Made by a program: the position numbers and the translations under genes. From Gemmatimonadota bacterium (lineage in GTDB: Bacteria > Gemmatimonadota > Gemmatimonadetes > Longimicrobiales > Gaopeijiaceae): a stretch of 64,000 bases of DNA. Location of the stretch: the NCBI GenBank assembly GCA_040905325.1, contig JBBDRS010000038.1:68801-132800 (forward strand), in the 5' to 3' direction. Below the pieces are notes generated by a model. It saw nothing but the letters and a program-made list of their open reading frames with translations. It had not been told where the DNA came from and ran no database searches. Shown piece after piece: positions 53,197 through 63,767 of the stretch. How positions within the stretch are numbered: the first letter of the stretch is position 1; the number at the start of each line of letters is the position of its first letter.

Positions 53197-53258
53197 GGGA
53201 CACCCACCTCTACCGACTTCGTTCCGACGGTGCCCCGACCCCGCACGCCTCCGCGCCC

Positions 53259-53636
53259 ATGGCAGAAGCCGACAGCTCCAGGACGACCCACCCGAACATT
53301 CCGTCGGACGACGACGCCCTCCTCGGCCAGTGCCGGGTCGACACCTTTCGCTCGGGTGGAAAGGGAGGTCAGCACCAGAATACCACGGAGAGCGGGGTTC
53401 GCCTCACCCATCGGCCCACCGGCGTGGTGGTGACGGCCAGGGACGAGCGCAGCCAGCACAGAAACCGCCAGATCGCCCTGGAGCGGCTTCGAGCGCGCCT
53501 GCGCGAACGATACCGACCGCGAAAGAAGCGCAAGCGGACCCGGATTCCGAAGCGGGAGAAGCGGAAGCGGCTCGAGGCGAAGCGTCGGCGCGCCCGAAAG
53601 AAGGCCCTCCGCCAAAAACCCCGCCGCGACGACTGA
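53259..53636 (+). CDS. arfB: alternative ribosome-rescue factor ArfB (peptidyl-tRNA hydrolase, RF-1 domain)
   Basis: GGQ motif in [21 protein letters not shown]...[19 protein letters not shown], followed by a basic C-terminal tail. Confidence 0.8.
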   Translation: MAEADSSRTTHPNIPSDDDALLGQCRVDTFRSGGKGGQHQNTTESGVRLTHRPTGVVVTARDERSQHRNRQIALERLRARLRERYRPRKKRKRTRIPKREKRKRLEAKRRRARKKALRQKPRRDD

Positions 53637-53672
53637 AGCCGCCGCCCCGCCTCCAAGAGAGCAGGTAACGGT

Positions 53673-54449
53673 TCATCCGTTCCGGCTCACGCGCGCCATG
53701 AACGCCCGTTCCTGGATGTCCAGGGAGCGGACGCCGGCGCTCTCCGCCTTCCTGAGAATCCGCTCGTACTCCTCCCGGTTCAGGGGATGCAGTCTGGAAG
53801 CGTCCACCTTCTTCCAGCGCTGGAGCTCGCGCTCGGTCGGAGCCGAGCTCCCCACCTGCGCCACCTCCACCTTCCTCTTGAACCGCTCCGCGGCTGAGTT
53901 GCGCTCCAGGAGCTTCAGGTAGATCCATCCCCCGACGAACCCCCCAAGGTGGGCGAAGTGCGCCACCCCTCCTCCTGTGCCCCCGAAGCCGGCCCAAACC
54001 GAGATGACCGCGAGGCCGATCACCAGGAGCCGGGCGCGGATCGGGACGACGCCCCAGATGTAGATGCGTTCGTCGGGCCAATAGCGGGCAAAACCCAGGA
54101 GGACCCCGAAGACCGCACCCGACGCCCCCACGATGAGGCCGTACGGGGTGAGGAAGGAGAGAATTCCCCCCATGGTGCCGCTCAGGAGGTACATGCCGAG
54201 GAAGTGTTTCCCCCCGATCCGGTCCTCGAGCCTCGGTCCGAAAAAGAAGAGGCCGACCATGTTGAAAAGGAGGTGCAAAAAACCCGCGTGCAGGAACTGA
54301 TAGGTGATGATGGTCCAGGGGCGCTGGAGGCCCTGCGCCGGAATCCACCCGAAGTTGTTGAAAACCCAGGTGGTGGCGCCCGCGCTGATGAAGTACACCA
54401 GCACGTTGGCGATGAGCAGCCGGGTTACCCAGGGGGTCATGGAATACAA
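53673..54449 (-). CDS. rhomboid-family intramembrane serine protease
   Basis: FLHAGFLHLLFNM, catalytic GASGAVFG and AHLGGFVGG, plus a C-terminal cytoplasmic extension. Confidence 0.85.
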   Translation of the reverse strand: MYSMTPWVTRLLIANVLVYFISAGATTWVFNNFGWIPAQGLQRPWTIITYQFLHAGFLHLLFNMVGLFFFGPRLEDRIGGKHFLGMYLLSGTMGGILSFLTPYGLIVGASGAVFGVLLGFARYWPDERIYIWGVVPIRARLLVIGLAVISVWAGFGGTGGGVAHFAHLGGFVGGWIYLKLLERNSAAERFKRKVEVAQVGSSAPTERELQRWKKVDASRLHPLNREEYERILRKAESAGVRSLDIQERAFMARVSRNG

Positions 54450-54522
54450 TGGAGACAGTCCGCTGTGCGTGGGAAGGACAGATTATCGCCCGAGCGGTGG
54501 GCACGGGCAACGCCGCGCGGCC

Positions 54523-55374
54523 TCAAAGCAGTTCCTCGATGGAGCGGAGCACGTCCGCGGGCCGCCGCTCTCCCAGGTTGCACACGTACACCTTCTCCAC
54601 GCCTCGAGATCTGAGACTACGGATCGTCCGGGCACAGACCTCCTCGGGCGGGACGCCTTCTTCGAACTCCGAAAGGAGCTCCTCGACGGGGACCGGAAAG
54701 AATCGCGCGAGGCGCCGAAGGGTCTCCGGATTGCCGCTCCGGTAATAGAAGACCCCGAAGAGCCCGGGAAGAGTGAGTCCCCCTGCCGAGGCGGCCTCGA
54801 GGAATCCGTCCACCGGCTCCAGCGTGTGGTGCGACACGATCTGCGTGAGGAAGTAGTCCGCATGCACCTCCTGCTCCACCAGAAATCCCATCTGCTCCCC
54901 GGGGTCGCGGTACGGGTTCACCCAGGTGCCCAGGGGAAGGCCCGGCGTCCCCTGCCGAATCCTGTCGCGGAGGTCGCGGGACCGCGGGAGGCAGCGCGGG
55001 GGGCCGACCTCGGTGTCTCCCCCTGTCACCGTCACCGCACCGAGTCCATACGACGCCGCCCTGCGCGCGAAGAGGAGGCAGTACTCCAGCGAGTGCTTCA
55101 GGGTGAGGAATGGGATGACACGGGAGAGATCTGCAGTGGGCCCGAGGTTTGTGGTGAGGAGGCGAAGGCTCTCCTCCTCCCGATCCCCCACCGCGTCGTC
55201 GGTGTAGAGGACGTAGCGGCCCTGGTCTAGGAGCCGCTTCAGCCCATGATGCGACTCGATCCAGGCGTCGAGCGAACGGCTGGCGTCCATCCCGGAGCGG
55301 GGAGGGCGAAGCTCCACCGCGTGGAGGGGCCCTGGAGCGCGGAGCACGTCGAGGAAGGGAGTCCCGCCGCTCAC
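54523..55374 (-). CDS. methylenetetrahydrofolate reductase-like protein (stand-alone)
   Basis: TIM-barrel MTHFR-like pattern (VELRPPRSG..., ...VTVTGGD..., ...TQIVSHHTLEPV..., ...GVFYYRS...). GTG start overlaps the upstream stop (GTGA). Confidence 0.55.
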   Translation of the reverse strand: MSGGTPFLDVLRAPGPLHAVELRPPRSGMDASRSLDAWIESHHGLKRLLDQGRYVLYTDDAVGDREEESLRLLTTNLGPTADLSRVIPFLTLKHSLEYCLLFARRAASYGLGAVTVTGGDTEVGPPRCLPRSRDLRDRIRQGTPGLPLGTWVNPYRDPGEQMGFLVEQEVHADYFLTQIVSHHTLEPVDGFLEAASAGGLTLPGLFGVFYYRSGNPETLRRLARFFPVPVEELLSEFEEGVPPEEVCARTIRSLRSRGVEKVYVCNLGERRPADVLRSIEELL

Positions 55375-57341
55375 CGGACACCTCTGCCCACCGGAAGCTC
55401 CCGGGACCCCCGCAGGTCCTGTACGATCCGGAGGGCGAGCTCCATCCCGCCCCTGGCCGTGTAGAGGTGCACCCCCTGCACGCCCGCGCCCAGCGACCCG
55501 ATGGTCTCGAGGGCGATGCGCACCCCTTCCTCCTTCGCCTCGTCCCCTCCGCGGGCCTCGGCATTGGCCATCCGCTCCCTCACTTGGGCGGGCACGTCGA
55601 TCCCGGGCATTTCATTGTGAAGGAACTCGGCGCTTTCCAGCGAGTCCAGAGGCCAGATGCCGGCCAGGACCGGAATGGATGCACCCTCGTGCTCCTGCAG
55701 GAAGCCGTCCAGGATCTCGGGGTCGAAAATGGGGCGGGTGACCGCGAAGTCGGCTCCGGCCTCGACCTTCCACCGGAACCGTCGATGCTCACGCTCCGGG
55801 TCGGGCGCGCTCGGATTGAGTGCCACACCCACGACGAACCGGGTGGGAGGATCGAGGGGATGCCCCCCGGGGTCCGCGCCCCGGTTGAGTCTCGCCAGGA
55901 CGTTGGTGAGGCCGATGGAGTCGATGTCGTAGATGGCGGTCCGGTCGGCGTAGGGTCCCTGCCGATGGGGCTCTCCGCTCACCACCAGGAGGTTCCGGAC
56001 CCCGACGGCGGCGGCGCCCATGAGGTCCGAGATCATTCCCAGCATGTTGCGGTCGCGGCAGGTGTAGTTCGGAAGGACCTCCACCCCGGTCTCCCTCGCC
56101 ACGAGCTCCGCCGCGGGGAGGGCCGCCATCCGGACGACGCCGCGGGGAGTATCGGGAATGCTCATGAAGTCCACCCCTGCTCGGGCCGCGGCGGCCGCAC
56201 CCTCCCGGAGCGCCGCAGCGTCCCAGCCGCGTGGAGGGACCAGCTCGATCCCGGTGACCCAGGCACCCTCGGCGAGCTTCTTTCCCAGGGGGGAACGCTC
56301 CGCCAGAGGCGCGGGGTCACCCCCGCCGACACCCGCCTCCGGGCCTGCGCCATGCGCCGGCCTCCGGACCATCAGCGATCCCGCAGGCGCGCCGGTTGCC
56401 GTGCCCCGGTCTCGTGCCGACTCCCGCTCCCCCGCCTCGATCTCGGAGATCACCTGGGCCATGGCCCTGATGTGGTCCGGGGTGGTCCCGCAGCAGCCCC
56501 CGAGAAAGCGGACACCGACCTCCACCATCCGGCGGGCATATCGGGCCATGTACTCCGGGCTCGCCATGTAGATCTTCCGTCCTTCCACCGCCCGCGGCAG
56601 CCCCGCGTTTGGCTGTGCCGAGACGGGCAGGTCGGTGAACTCGGCCATCCGCTCCACCCCCTCCAGAATCTCAACCGGCCCCACGGAGCAGTTCAGGCCG
56701 ATGGCGTCGACCCCCCACGCCTCCAGGTCGTGGACCGCAGCCTCGATCCCCGTTCCATAGGCGGTACGCCCTCCCTCCTCCACCGTGAACTGGGCCATCA
56801 CCGGGAGGGAGGAGCGTTCTCGGATCGCCCGGAGCGCCTGGTGCAGCTCCCCGAGGTCCTGGAAGGTCTCCAGCAGGAAGCCGTCCACGCCACCTGCCAG
56901 GAGCCCGTCCACCTGGCGCCCGAAGTAGCCTCTGGCCTCCTCCTCGGAGGTGGGGCCCCACGGCTCGATCCGGATTCCCAGGGGCCCGAAGGCTCCGAGC
57001 ACCAGCACGCCGGGGATCCCCGCCCGCCGGATGCCCGCCCGCGCACGCTCCACCGCAGCCTGGTTCACTTCCTCCGTCCGGTCGGACCATCCGTGTGCCG
57101 AAAGCTTCACGGGGTTCGCACCGAAGGCATTGGTGGAAAGGATGCGGGCTCCCGCCCGGACGTACTCGGCGTGGACTTCCTCCACCAACTCGGGCTCGGT
57201 AAGGTTCAGCGCGTCGTAGCAGACGTTCACGAAGAAGCCGCGCTCGTAGAGAAGGGTCCCCATGGCCCCGTCCATCAGGTGGATGCGGCCGTCCCGCAAC
57301 CGGTGCCGAAGGGGAGCCCCCGGATCGAGCTCGGGGTTCAC
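55371..57341 (-). CDS. bifunctional homocysteine S-methyltransferase / methylenetetrahydrofolate reductase (YitJ-like)
   Basis: N-terminal Hcy-binding domain ([36 protein letters not shown]) and a C-terminal MTHFR domain (...[11 protein letters not shown]..., ...LVVSGEP...). GTG 57341 overlaps the metH stop (GTGA). Confidence 0.8.
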   Translation of the reverse strand: MNPELDPGAPLRHRLRDGRIHLMDGAMGTLLYERGFFVNVCYDALNLTEPELVEEVHAEYVRAGARILSTNAFGANPVKLSAHGWSDRTEEVNQAAVERARAGIRRAGIPGVLVLGAFGPLGIRIEPWGPTSEEEARGYFGRQVDGLLAGGVDGFLLETFQDLGELHQALRAIRERSSLPVMAQFTVEEGGRTAYGTGIEAAVHDLEAWGVDAIGLNCSVGPVEILEGVERMAEFTDLPVSAQPNAGLPRAVEGRKIYMASPEYMARYARRMVEVGVRFLGGCCGTTPDHIRAMAQVISEIEAGERESARDRGTATGAPAGSLMVRRPAHGAGPEAGVGGGDPAPLAERSPLGKKLAEGAWVTGIELVPPRGWDAAALREGAAAAARAGVDFMSIPDTPRGVVRMAALPAAELVARETGVEVLPNYTCRDRNMLGMISDLMGAAAVGVRNLLVVSGEPHRQGPYADRTAIYDIDSIGLTNVLARLNRGADPGGHPLDPPTRFVVGVALNPSAPDPEREHRRFRWKVEAGADFAVTRPIFDPEILDGFLQEHEGASIPVLAGIWPLDSLESAEFLHNEMPGIDVPAQVRERMANAEARGGDEAKEEGVRIALETIGSLGAGVQGVHLYTARGGMELALRIVQDLRGSRELPVGRGVR

Positions 57342-60300
57342 CGGCCCTCTCCGGATGCGGGTGTTTGGGGGCCCCCGGCACCCGCCTCGACCCGCTGCGC
57401 CGGGCTTGCGGGGTCGTACGCCAGGTTCGGAGACAGCCAGCGCTCTGCCTCTTCCAGCGTCATTCCCTTCCGCGCCGCGTAGTCCTCCACCTGGTCCCGC
57501 CCGATTCGACCCACCCCGAAATAACGTGCCTCCGGGTGGGCGAAGTACCACCCACTCACCGAGGCCCCGGGCCACATGGCGCAGCTCTCCGTGAGGCTCA
57601 CCCCAATGCGACGCTCGGCGTCCAGGAGCCGGAAGAGGGTACGCTTCTCGGTGTGCTCGGGGCAGGCGGGATACCCGGGGGCGGGCCGGATCCCCCGGTA
57701 GGCCTCGGCGATAAGCTCCGTGTTTTCCAGCCCTTCGTCGGGGGCGTAACCCCAGAGTCGCCGGCGAACCTCCGCGTGCATCCGCTCGGCGAATGCTTCT
57801 GCCAGGCGGTCGGCCAGCGATTTCGCCAGGATGCTCCGGTAATCGTCATGACGCGCCTCGAACTCCTGCACCAGCGCCTCGAGGCCGACCCCGGCGGTGA
57901 CCACGAAGGCCCCGGCAAAGTCGGCCACACCACTCTCTCTCGGCGCCACGAAGTCCGCCAGGGCCAGGTTGTCGGGGCGCCCACGCTTGTCGAACTGCTG
58001 GCGGATGGTATGCACGCGCCCGACCACCCGCTCCCGCTCCGGACCCGCGTACAACTCCACGTCGTCTCCCACCGCGTTCGCGGGGAAGAGTTGCACCGCG
58101 GCCCGTGCCTCCAGGAGCTCATCGGCCACGATCCTGTCCAGGAGCGTCCGGGCGTCGGCCAGGAGGCTCCGAGCCTGCTCCCCCACCACGGGATCTTCCA
58201 GGATGTCGGGGTACTTCCCCCGGAGCTCCCAGGTCTGGAAGAAGGGGGTCCAGTCGATGTACTCGACGAGCTCCGGGAGGGGGTACTTTTCCGCGATCCA
58301 GGGTTCGAGGGTGGACGGTATGGGTGGGGTGTACGCCTCCCAATCCAGGCGTACCCGGCGCTCCCGAGCCTCCTCGAGGGAGAGGAGAACCCGGGTCTCC
58401 TCCCGTGCCGCCCTCCGCTCCCGCAGGCTGGCGTGGGCCGCCTCTACCTCCTTCACGTACCCGTCACGCCGGCGCCGGTCCAGGAGGCTCCCCACCACAC
58501 CCACGCTCCGGGACGCATCCAGCACGTGCACGACCGGCCCATGGTACGCCCCGTCGATTTTCACTGCGGTGTGTGTGGGGGAGGTGGTGGCCCCCCCGAT
58601 GAGGAGGGGGAGCTCGAACCCTTGCCGTTCCATTTCGCGCGCCACGTGGACCATCTGGTCCAGCGAGGGAGTGATGAGCCCGGAGAGACCGATGATATCC
58701 GCCCGCTCCTCCCGGGCCCGCTCCAGGATCCGCTCCGCGGGAACCATGACCCCCAGATCCACCACGTCGTAGTTGTTGCACTGCAGAACCACGCCCACGA
58801 TGTTCTTTCCGATGTCGTGGACGTCGCCCTTCACGGTGGCGAGAAGCACCTTCCCCTTCGCCTCCGCCTCGACCCCGTCCTCCCTCTTTTCCGCCTCGAT
58901 GAAGGGGATGAGGTACGCCACGGCCCGCTTCATGACCCGGGCACTCTTCACCACCTGCGGGAGGAACATCCGCCCGTCCCCGAAGAGGTCGCCCACCACG
59001 TTCATCCCCCGCATGAGAGGCCCCTCGATGACCTCGATGGCCCGGTCGAAGCGCTGTCGAGCCTCCTCCGCGTCCTCCTCGATCCAGTCGGTGATCCCCT
59101 TCACCAGAGCATGCTCGATCCGGGACTCCACCTCCTCCTCGCGCCAGGAGAGGTCCTCCTCCAGTTCGGTCCCCTTCCCCTGGTACCGTCCGGCCAGTTC
59201 GGTGAGGCGCTCGGTGGCCTCCCCGGTCCGGGCGAAGAGGACGTCCTCCACCGCCGTGAGGAGCTCCTCGGGAATCTCGTCGTAGACGGGGAGCGCGCCG
59301 GCGTTCACGATGGCCATGTCCATCCCGCGCTTGATCGCATGGTACAGGAAGGCGGCATGCATGGCCTCCCTCACCTGCGGGCTCCCCCGGAAGGAGAAGG
59401 AGACGTTGCTCACCCCGCCGCTCACGTTCACGTGCGGACAGCTCCGCTTGATCTCCTCCACCGCCTCCAGGTACTCGATGCCGTAGCGGTCGTGCTCCTC
59501 GATGCCCGTGGCCACCGCGAAGATGTTGGGATCGAAGATGATGTCCTCGGGGGGGAAGCCCACCTCCTCGGTGAGGATGCGGTAGGCGCGCCGGCAGATC
59601 TCCACCTTCCGATGTGACGTGTCGGCCTGCCCCTCCTCGTCGAAGGCCATGACCACCACGGCAGCCCCATACCGGCGCACGAGGCCGGCCTGCCGCCGGA
59701 ACTCCTCTTCCCCCTCCTTCAGGGAGATGGAGTTCACCACCCCCTTTCCCTGGAGGCGCTTGAGCCCCGCCTCCAGGACATCCCACCGCGAGGAGTCCAC
59801 CATGACGGGGATGCGGGCGATGTCCGGCTCTGCCGCCATCAGGTTCAGGAAGCGGACCATGGCGGCCTCCGAGTCCAGGAGCCCCTCGTCCATGTTCACG
59901 TCGATGATCTGCGCCCCTCCCTGCACCTGGTGGCGCGCCACATCCAGGGCGGTCTCGTAGTCCTCCGCCGTAATGAGCTCGCGGAAGCGTCGGGAGCCGG
60001 TGACGTTCGTGCGCTCGCCCACGTTCACGAATCCCACCGTATCGTCCATGGTGAGGGGCTCGAGCCCAGAGAGGCGACACCAGGGCTCCAGACCTGGGAC
60101 TTTCCTCGGGGGGAGGTCGCGGACGGCCTCCGAAATGGCGCGAATATGCTCCGGCGTCGTCCCGCAGCAGCCGCCAGCGACGTTCAGGAAACCGGATTCC
60201 GCAAATTCCCGGACCGCCGCCGCCATCTCCTCGGGTCCCTCCTCGTATTCCCCGAACTCGTTGGGGAGTCCCGCATTGGGGTGGCAGCTCACACGGGTGT

Positions 60301-61138
60301 CCGCCGCCTCGGCCAGCGCCTCCACATAGGGACGCAGCTGGTCGGCCCCGAGGGCGCAGTTCAGCCCGATGGAGAAAAGCCCCGCGTGGCGGACGGAGTG
60401 AAGGAAGGCCTCCGTGGTCTGACCCGAAAGGGTGCGTCCCGACTGGTCGGTGATGGTCCCGGAGACCATGATCGGCACCTCCTCGTCCTCCCGCTCCTCC
60501 AGCACCTCCCGGATGGCGAAGAGGGCCGCCTTCGCATTCAGGGTGTCGAAGACGGTCTCGACCATCAGGAGATCCGCGCCGCCGTCCAGGAGGGCGCGGG
60601 TCTGCTCCGCGTAGGTGGCCCTCAGCTCGTCGAAAGAGACGGCCCGGAAGCCGGGGTCGTTCACGTCGGGCGAGAGGGAGGCGGTCCGGTTCGTGGGCCC
60701 CAGGATCCCGGCCACGAAGCGGGGGCGAGTGGGGTCCTCCGCGGTCACTTCGTCGGCCACACGTCGCGCCAGCTCGGCCGACACCCAATTCAGGTGGTAG
60801 ACCTCCTCCTCGAGCCCGTAGTCCGCCAGCGACACGCTGTTGGCGTTGAAGGTGTTCGTCTCGAGAATGTCGGCGCCGGCCTGGAGGAAGGCCCGGTGGA
60901 TCTCGCCGATGACGTCCGGGCGGGTTTCGCTCAGAAGGTCGTTGGCACCCTGGAGCTCACCGGGACGGTCGGCATAACGCTCTCCCCGGAAATCCTCCTC
61001 CTGGAGACCGTAGCCCTGAATCATGGTCCCCATGGCCCCGTCGAGGACGAGGATCCTGTGGGAGGCCGCATCCAGAAGGGCTCGCCGGCGGCGGGCAGGG
61101 GAATCGTCCGAGCGGACGGTGGATCTGTGTTCGGTCAC
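57338..61138 (-). CDS. metH: cobalamin-dependent methionine synthase
   Basis: Hcy domain ([26 protein letters not shown]), pterin-binding domain, B12-binding DxHxxG ([11 protein letters not shown]), and an AdoMet-activation domain (...[14 protein letters not shown]...). The start is GTG 61138 or ATG 61171. Confidence 0.9.
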   Translation of the reverse strand: MTEHRSTVRSDDSPARRRRALLDAASHRILVLDGAMGTMIQGYGLQEEDFRGERYADRPGELQGANDLLSETRPDVIGEIHRAFLQAGADILETNTFNANSVSLADYGLEEEVYHLNWVSAELARRVADEVTAEDPTRPRFVAGILGPTNRTASLSPDVNDPGFRAVSFDELRATYAEQTRALLDGGADLLMVETVFDTLNAKAALFAIREVLEEREDEEVPIMVSGTITDQSGRTLSGQTTEAFLHSVRHAGLFSIGLNCALGADQLRPYVEALAEAADTRVSCHPNAGLPNEFGEYEEGPEEMAAAVREFAESGFLNVAGGCCGTTPEHIRAISEAVRDLPPRKVPGLEPWCRLSGLEPLTMDDTVGFVNVGERTNVTGSRRFRELITAEDYETALDVARHQVQGGAQIIDVNMDEGLLDSEAAMVRFLNLMAAEPDIARIPVMVDSSRWDVLEAGLKRLQGKGVVNSISLKEGEEEFRRQAGLVRRYGAAVVVMAFDEEGQADTSHRKVEICRRAYRILTEEVGFPPEDIIFDPNIFAVATGIEEHDRYGIEYLEAVEEIKRSCPHVNVSGGVSNVSFSFRGSPQVREAMHAAFLYHAIKRGMDMAIVNAGALPVYDEIPEELLTAVEDVLFARTGEATERLTELAGRYQGKGTELEEDLSWREEEVESRIEHALVKGITDWIEEDAEEARQRFDRAIEVIEGPLMRGMNVVGDLFGDGRMFLPQVVKSARVMKRAVAYLIPFIEAEKREDGVEAEAKGKVLLATVKGDVHDIGKNIVGVVLQCNNYDVVDLGVMVPAERILERAREERADIIGLSGLITPSLDQMVHVAREMERQGFELPLLIGGATTSPTHTAVKIDGAYHGPVVHVLDASRSVGVVGSLLDRRRRDGYVKEVEAAHASLRERRAAREETRVLLSLEEARERRVRLDWEAYTPPIPSTLEPWIAEKYPLPELVEYIDWTPFFQTWELRGKYPDILEDPVVGEQARSLLADARTLLDRIVADELLEARAAVQLFPANAVGDDVELYAGPERERVVGRVHTIRQQFDKRGRPDNLALADFVAPRESGVADFAGAFVVTAGVGLEALVQEFEARHDDYRSILAKSLADRLAEAFAERMHAEVRRRLWGYAPDEGLENTELIAEAYRGIRPAPGYPACPEHTEKRTLFRLLDAERRIGVSLTESCAMWPGASVSGWYFAHPEARYFGVGRIGRDQVEDYAARKGMTLEEAERWLSPNLAYDPASPAQRVEAGAGGPQTPASGEGR

Positions 61139-61226
61139 GCGAATACTGCTCCTTGCATTCCACCCCGGCATGGTCCGCCCCCTGCGGACGGGGGCCGGTT
61201 TCAGCGGCTGCTCCAACGGGGGGAAA

Positions 61227-61257
61227 GAAAAAACCCGCCGCAAGGAGCACGCCGGGG
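61227..61257 (-). terminator. intrinsic terminator inside the metH leader
   Basis: Minus-strand RNA CCCGGCG-UGCUCCUUG-CGGCGGG (7 bp, one G.G mismatch) followed by UUUUUUC, about 90 nt upstream of the metH start. Confidence 0.5.
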
Positions 61258-61380
61258 AGGAGCTTTTTAGCGGTTCGGTTTCCCGGGTCGCAATACGCCG
61301 CAAATCACCCCGAGCTCAAGAGCTCACGCACAAGAATAGAACTCCGCCGCGGCGAATGCCACCCCCGGTGGTGCTGACGC

Positions 61381-61409
61381 TTGACTCTCCGGTGCGCCCC
61401 GGGTAGCGT
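61381..61409 (+). promoter_or_regulatory. possible sigma70-type promoter for the plus-strand operon
   Basis: TTGACT (61381-61386), 17-nt spacer, TAGCGT (61404-61409). The -10 is weak. Confidence 0.25.
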
Positions 61410-61571
61410 TTCACACATGATGACAGACCCATCCAGCCTGTTTCGGACCCGCTGCGACCGCACCGCATCCTGTACACCGTCAACCGCGGTGGAGGGCGAG
61501 GCGAGTATTCCGGACCGGGCGCAGGGCGCCTGATCGACGTCCCCCCGGGACGATGGTCCCGGACGAGGGAA

Positions 61572-61608
61572 CCCCCGGCCTCCTCTCCTCCGAGAGGGGG
61601 CTTTTTTG
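61572..61608 (+). terminator. intrinsic terminator in the 5' leader of the ATP-grasp operon
   Basis: CCUCUC-CUCC-GAGAGG, extended by flanking C/G runs and followed by GGGCUUUUUUG. It lies 61 nt upstream of ATG 61669. Confidence 0.55.
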
Positions 61609-61668
61609 ATTCGCGGCGGCACAGCTGGTACAACAGGACGCGCACCCAGGCACGAGGTAGACCACTAG

Positions 61669-62718
61669 ATGGCACACGAGGCGAGCAACGCCCCTGCCCC
61701 GCTCGGAATCTTCTACGAGCACCCCGACTGGTTCCGTCCGCTCTTTCGGGAGCTGGACAGCCGCGGTGTGAGGTACGAGAAGATCCATGCCAGGGGCCAT
61801 CACTTCGACCCTGGCGAAGCGCAGCCCCCCCACCCTGTGGTGTTCAATCGGATGAGCCCCTCGGCGTACCTCCGGGGAGAGGGGGACGCGGTCTTCTACA
61901 CCTCCGCGTACCTCGCCCACCTGGAGCGGCGGGGAAGCCGCGTAATCAATGGCTCCCAGGCCTGGGCCACCGAGATTTCGAAGGCCATGCAGGTGTCCCT
62001 CCTGGCGGAGCTGGGCCTGCCGTGCCCCCGGACCCGGGTCATCCACGACCCCTCTGCTGCGGCGGCGGCCGGTGAGGGGATGCGCTTTCCGGTGGTGGTG
62101 AAACCGAACGTGGGAGGGAGTGGTGCCGGGGTCATCCGTTTCGAGACCCGGGAAGGGCTGGCGGCGGGCGCCGCGGAGGGACGGCTCGACTTCGGGATCG
62201 ATGGGACCGCCCTGGTCCAGGAGTTCATCCCCGCCCGGGAGGGAAGGATCGTTCGGGTCGAGGTCCTGGAGGGGCGGTTTCTCTACGCCATCCGGATCTA
62301 TACTCCGGGGGACAGCTTCAACCTCTGCCCCGCCGACGTCTGCCGGAGTGTGGACGGAGCCGAGCTGGAACGGGCTGCCTGTCCGGCGGACGCGCCCCGC
62401 AACGAGCTGCGGGTAGAGGGCTACGAGCCGCCCGGCGAGGTGCGGGGCCAGGTGGAGCGGATCATGGCGCGGGCCGGCATCGAAGTGGGGGGCGTCGAGT
62501 ACCTCATCGACGACCGGGACGGGCGACTCTACTACTACGACGTGAATGCGCTCTCCAACTTCGTGGCGGAGGGCCCGCGGGTGGTGGGCTTCGATCCGTT
62601 CGTGCGGCTGGCGGACTGGCTCGAACGCGAGCTCATGGCTGCCAGTCGCCAGGGATCCGGCCGATCTCCCACGAACCTTCCCCCCTCCCCATCTCCCTTT
62701 ATCGGAGAAACGGTCTGA
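61669..62718 (+). CDS. ATP-grasp domain protein (RimK/glutathione-synthetase-like ligase)
   Basis: ...SKAMQVSLLAELGLPCPRT...FPVVVKPNVGGSGAGV...LVQEFIP...VRVEVLEGRFLYAIRI...GVEYLIDDRDGRLYYYDVNALSNF is the typical ATP-grasp core. Confidence 0.75.
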   Translation: MAHEASNAPAPLGIFYEHPDWFRPLFRELDSRGVRYEKIHARGHHFDPGEAQPPHPVVFNRMSPSAYLRGEGDAVFYTSAYLAHLERRGSRVINGSQAWATEISKAMQVSLLAELGLPCPRTRVIHDPSAAAAAGEGMRFPVVVKPNVGGSGAGVIRFETREGLAAGAAEGRLDFGIDGTALVQEFIPAREGRIVRVEVLEGRFLYAIRIYTPGDSFNLCPADVCRSVDGAELERAACPADAPRNELRVEGYEPPGEVRGQVERIMARAGIEVGGVEYLIDDRDGRLYYYDVNALSNFVAEGPRVVGFDPFVRLADWLERELMAASRQGSGRSPTNLPPSPSPFIGETV

Positions 62719-63767
62719 TGCGTTTTGGATTCTGGCTCCCCATGTTCGGCGGGTGGCTCCGTAACCTCGACGACGAGGGGATGCCCGCCACCTGGGAATA
62801 CGTGAGCCGCCTGGCACGTCGCGCCGAGGAGATCGGGTTCGACCTGACCCTTCTGGCAGAGCTCAACCTCAACGACATCAAAGGTCCTGAGGCGCCCTCC
62901 CTCGACGCCTGGAGCACGGCGGCGGCGCTCGCGGCGGTCACGAAGCGACTCGAACTCATGGTGGCAGTGCGCCCCACCTTCCACCAGCCGGCCCTCCTGG
63001 CCAAGCAGGCGGCGAACATCGATCGCATCAGCGGGGGCCGCCTCTCCTTGAACGTTGTCTCGTCCTGGTGGGCGACGGAGGCGCGCAAGTACGGCGTTCA
63101 GTTCGACGAACACGACGACCGCTACGCCCGGACCGGCGAGTGGCTCGCCGTGGTGGACGGGATGTGGAAGGAGCCGGTCTTCTCGTACGAGGGGAAGTAC
63201 TACCAAGTGGAGGAGGCGATCCTCGAGCCCAAGCCGGTTCAGCGCCCCCGCCCCACCATCTACGCAGGAGGTGAATCCCCGGCCGGAAAGGACCTCATCG
63301 CCCGGTCGGCCGACGCCTGGCTGACCCACGGGGACCCCCCCGAGCTGATCGGCCCGAAGGTGGCCGAGATGGCAGCCCGCCGAGAGGCGCTCGACCTCCC
63401 GCCCATGAGCTACGGCGCGGCGGGATATGTGGTGGTGCGTGACACACCCGAAGAGGCCCGGCGGGAGGTGGAGCGCATCACGGACGTCCGCCAGAGCGCG
63501 CGAGGGTTCGCGAACTACCGCGACTGGACCGAAAACACCCGCCTGGAGCGGCGCATGAGCCTCCAGGACTACTCGGTCTCCAATCGGGGGCTCCGATCGG
63601 GGCTCGTGGGGACTCCAGAGGAGGTCGCCGAACGCATCCTCGAGTTCGAGAGGTGCGGCCTCGACCTCCTCCTTCTCCAGTTCAGCCCGCAGCTCGAGGA
63701 GATGGAGCGTTTTGCCGAAGAGGTCATCCCCCTGGTCCGCGAGCGCTCGGAGGAGGGAGTAGCGTGA
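62718..63767 (+). CDS. LLM-class (luciferase-like) flavin-dependent oxidoreductase
   Basis: [16 protein letters not shown]...[10 protein letters not shown]...[15 protein letters not shown]...[31 protein letters not shown]...DLLLLQFSP is the LLM signature. The start overlaps the previous stop (TGATG). Confidence 0.85.
   Translation: MRFGFWLPMFGGWLRNLDDEGMPATWEYVSRLARRAEEIGFDLTLLAELNLNDIKGPEAPSLDAWSTAAALAAVTKRLELMVAVRPTFHQPALLAKQAANIDRISGGRLSLNVVSSWWATEARKYGVQFDEHDDRYARTGEWLAVVDGMWKEPVFSYEGKYYQVEEAILEPKPVQRPRPTIYAGGESPAGKDLIARSADAWLTHGDPPELIGPKVAEMAARREALDLPPMSYGAAGYVVVRDTPEEARREVERITDVRQSARGFANYRDWTENTRLERRMSLQDYSVSNRGLRSGLVGTPEEVAERILEFERCGLDLLLLQFSPQLEEMERFAEEVIPLVRERSEEGVA

Larger units (their letters stand above)
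61139..61420 (-). promoter_or_regulatory. structured metH 5' leader, candidate (unclassified) riboswitch/attenuator
   Basis: The non-coding minus-strand leader contains ...GUGAUUUGCGGCGUAUUGCGACCCGGGAAACCGAACCGCUAAAAAGCUCC..., immediately followed by a hairpin plus U6. Confidence 0.4.

Noticed and set aside
51422-53203. A 593-aa ORF on the minus strand, and similar very long ORFs (7619-8719, 10694-12352, 22080-23456, 53404-54510, 58464-60788, 16316-16966).
   Set aside because: These are shadow ORFs typical of GC-rich DNA. Their composition is R/P/G/A-rich and low-complexity, with no motifs. Each overlaps, in another frame or strand, an ORF with clear family signatures and strong third-position GC bias.
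61417-61533. A 38-codon ORF (MMTDPSSLFRTRCDRTASCTPSTAVEGEASIPDRAQGA) in the plus-strand leader, as a possible attenuation leader peptide.
   Set aside because: There is no Shine-Dalgarno, no run of a regulatory codon (only two scattered Cys codons), and third-position bias is weak.
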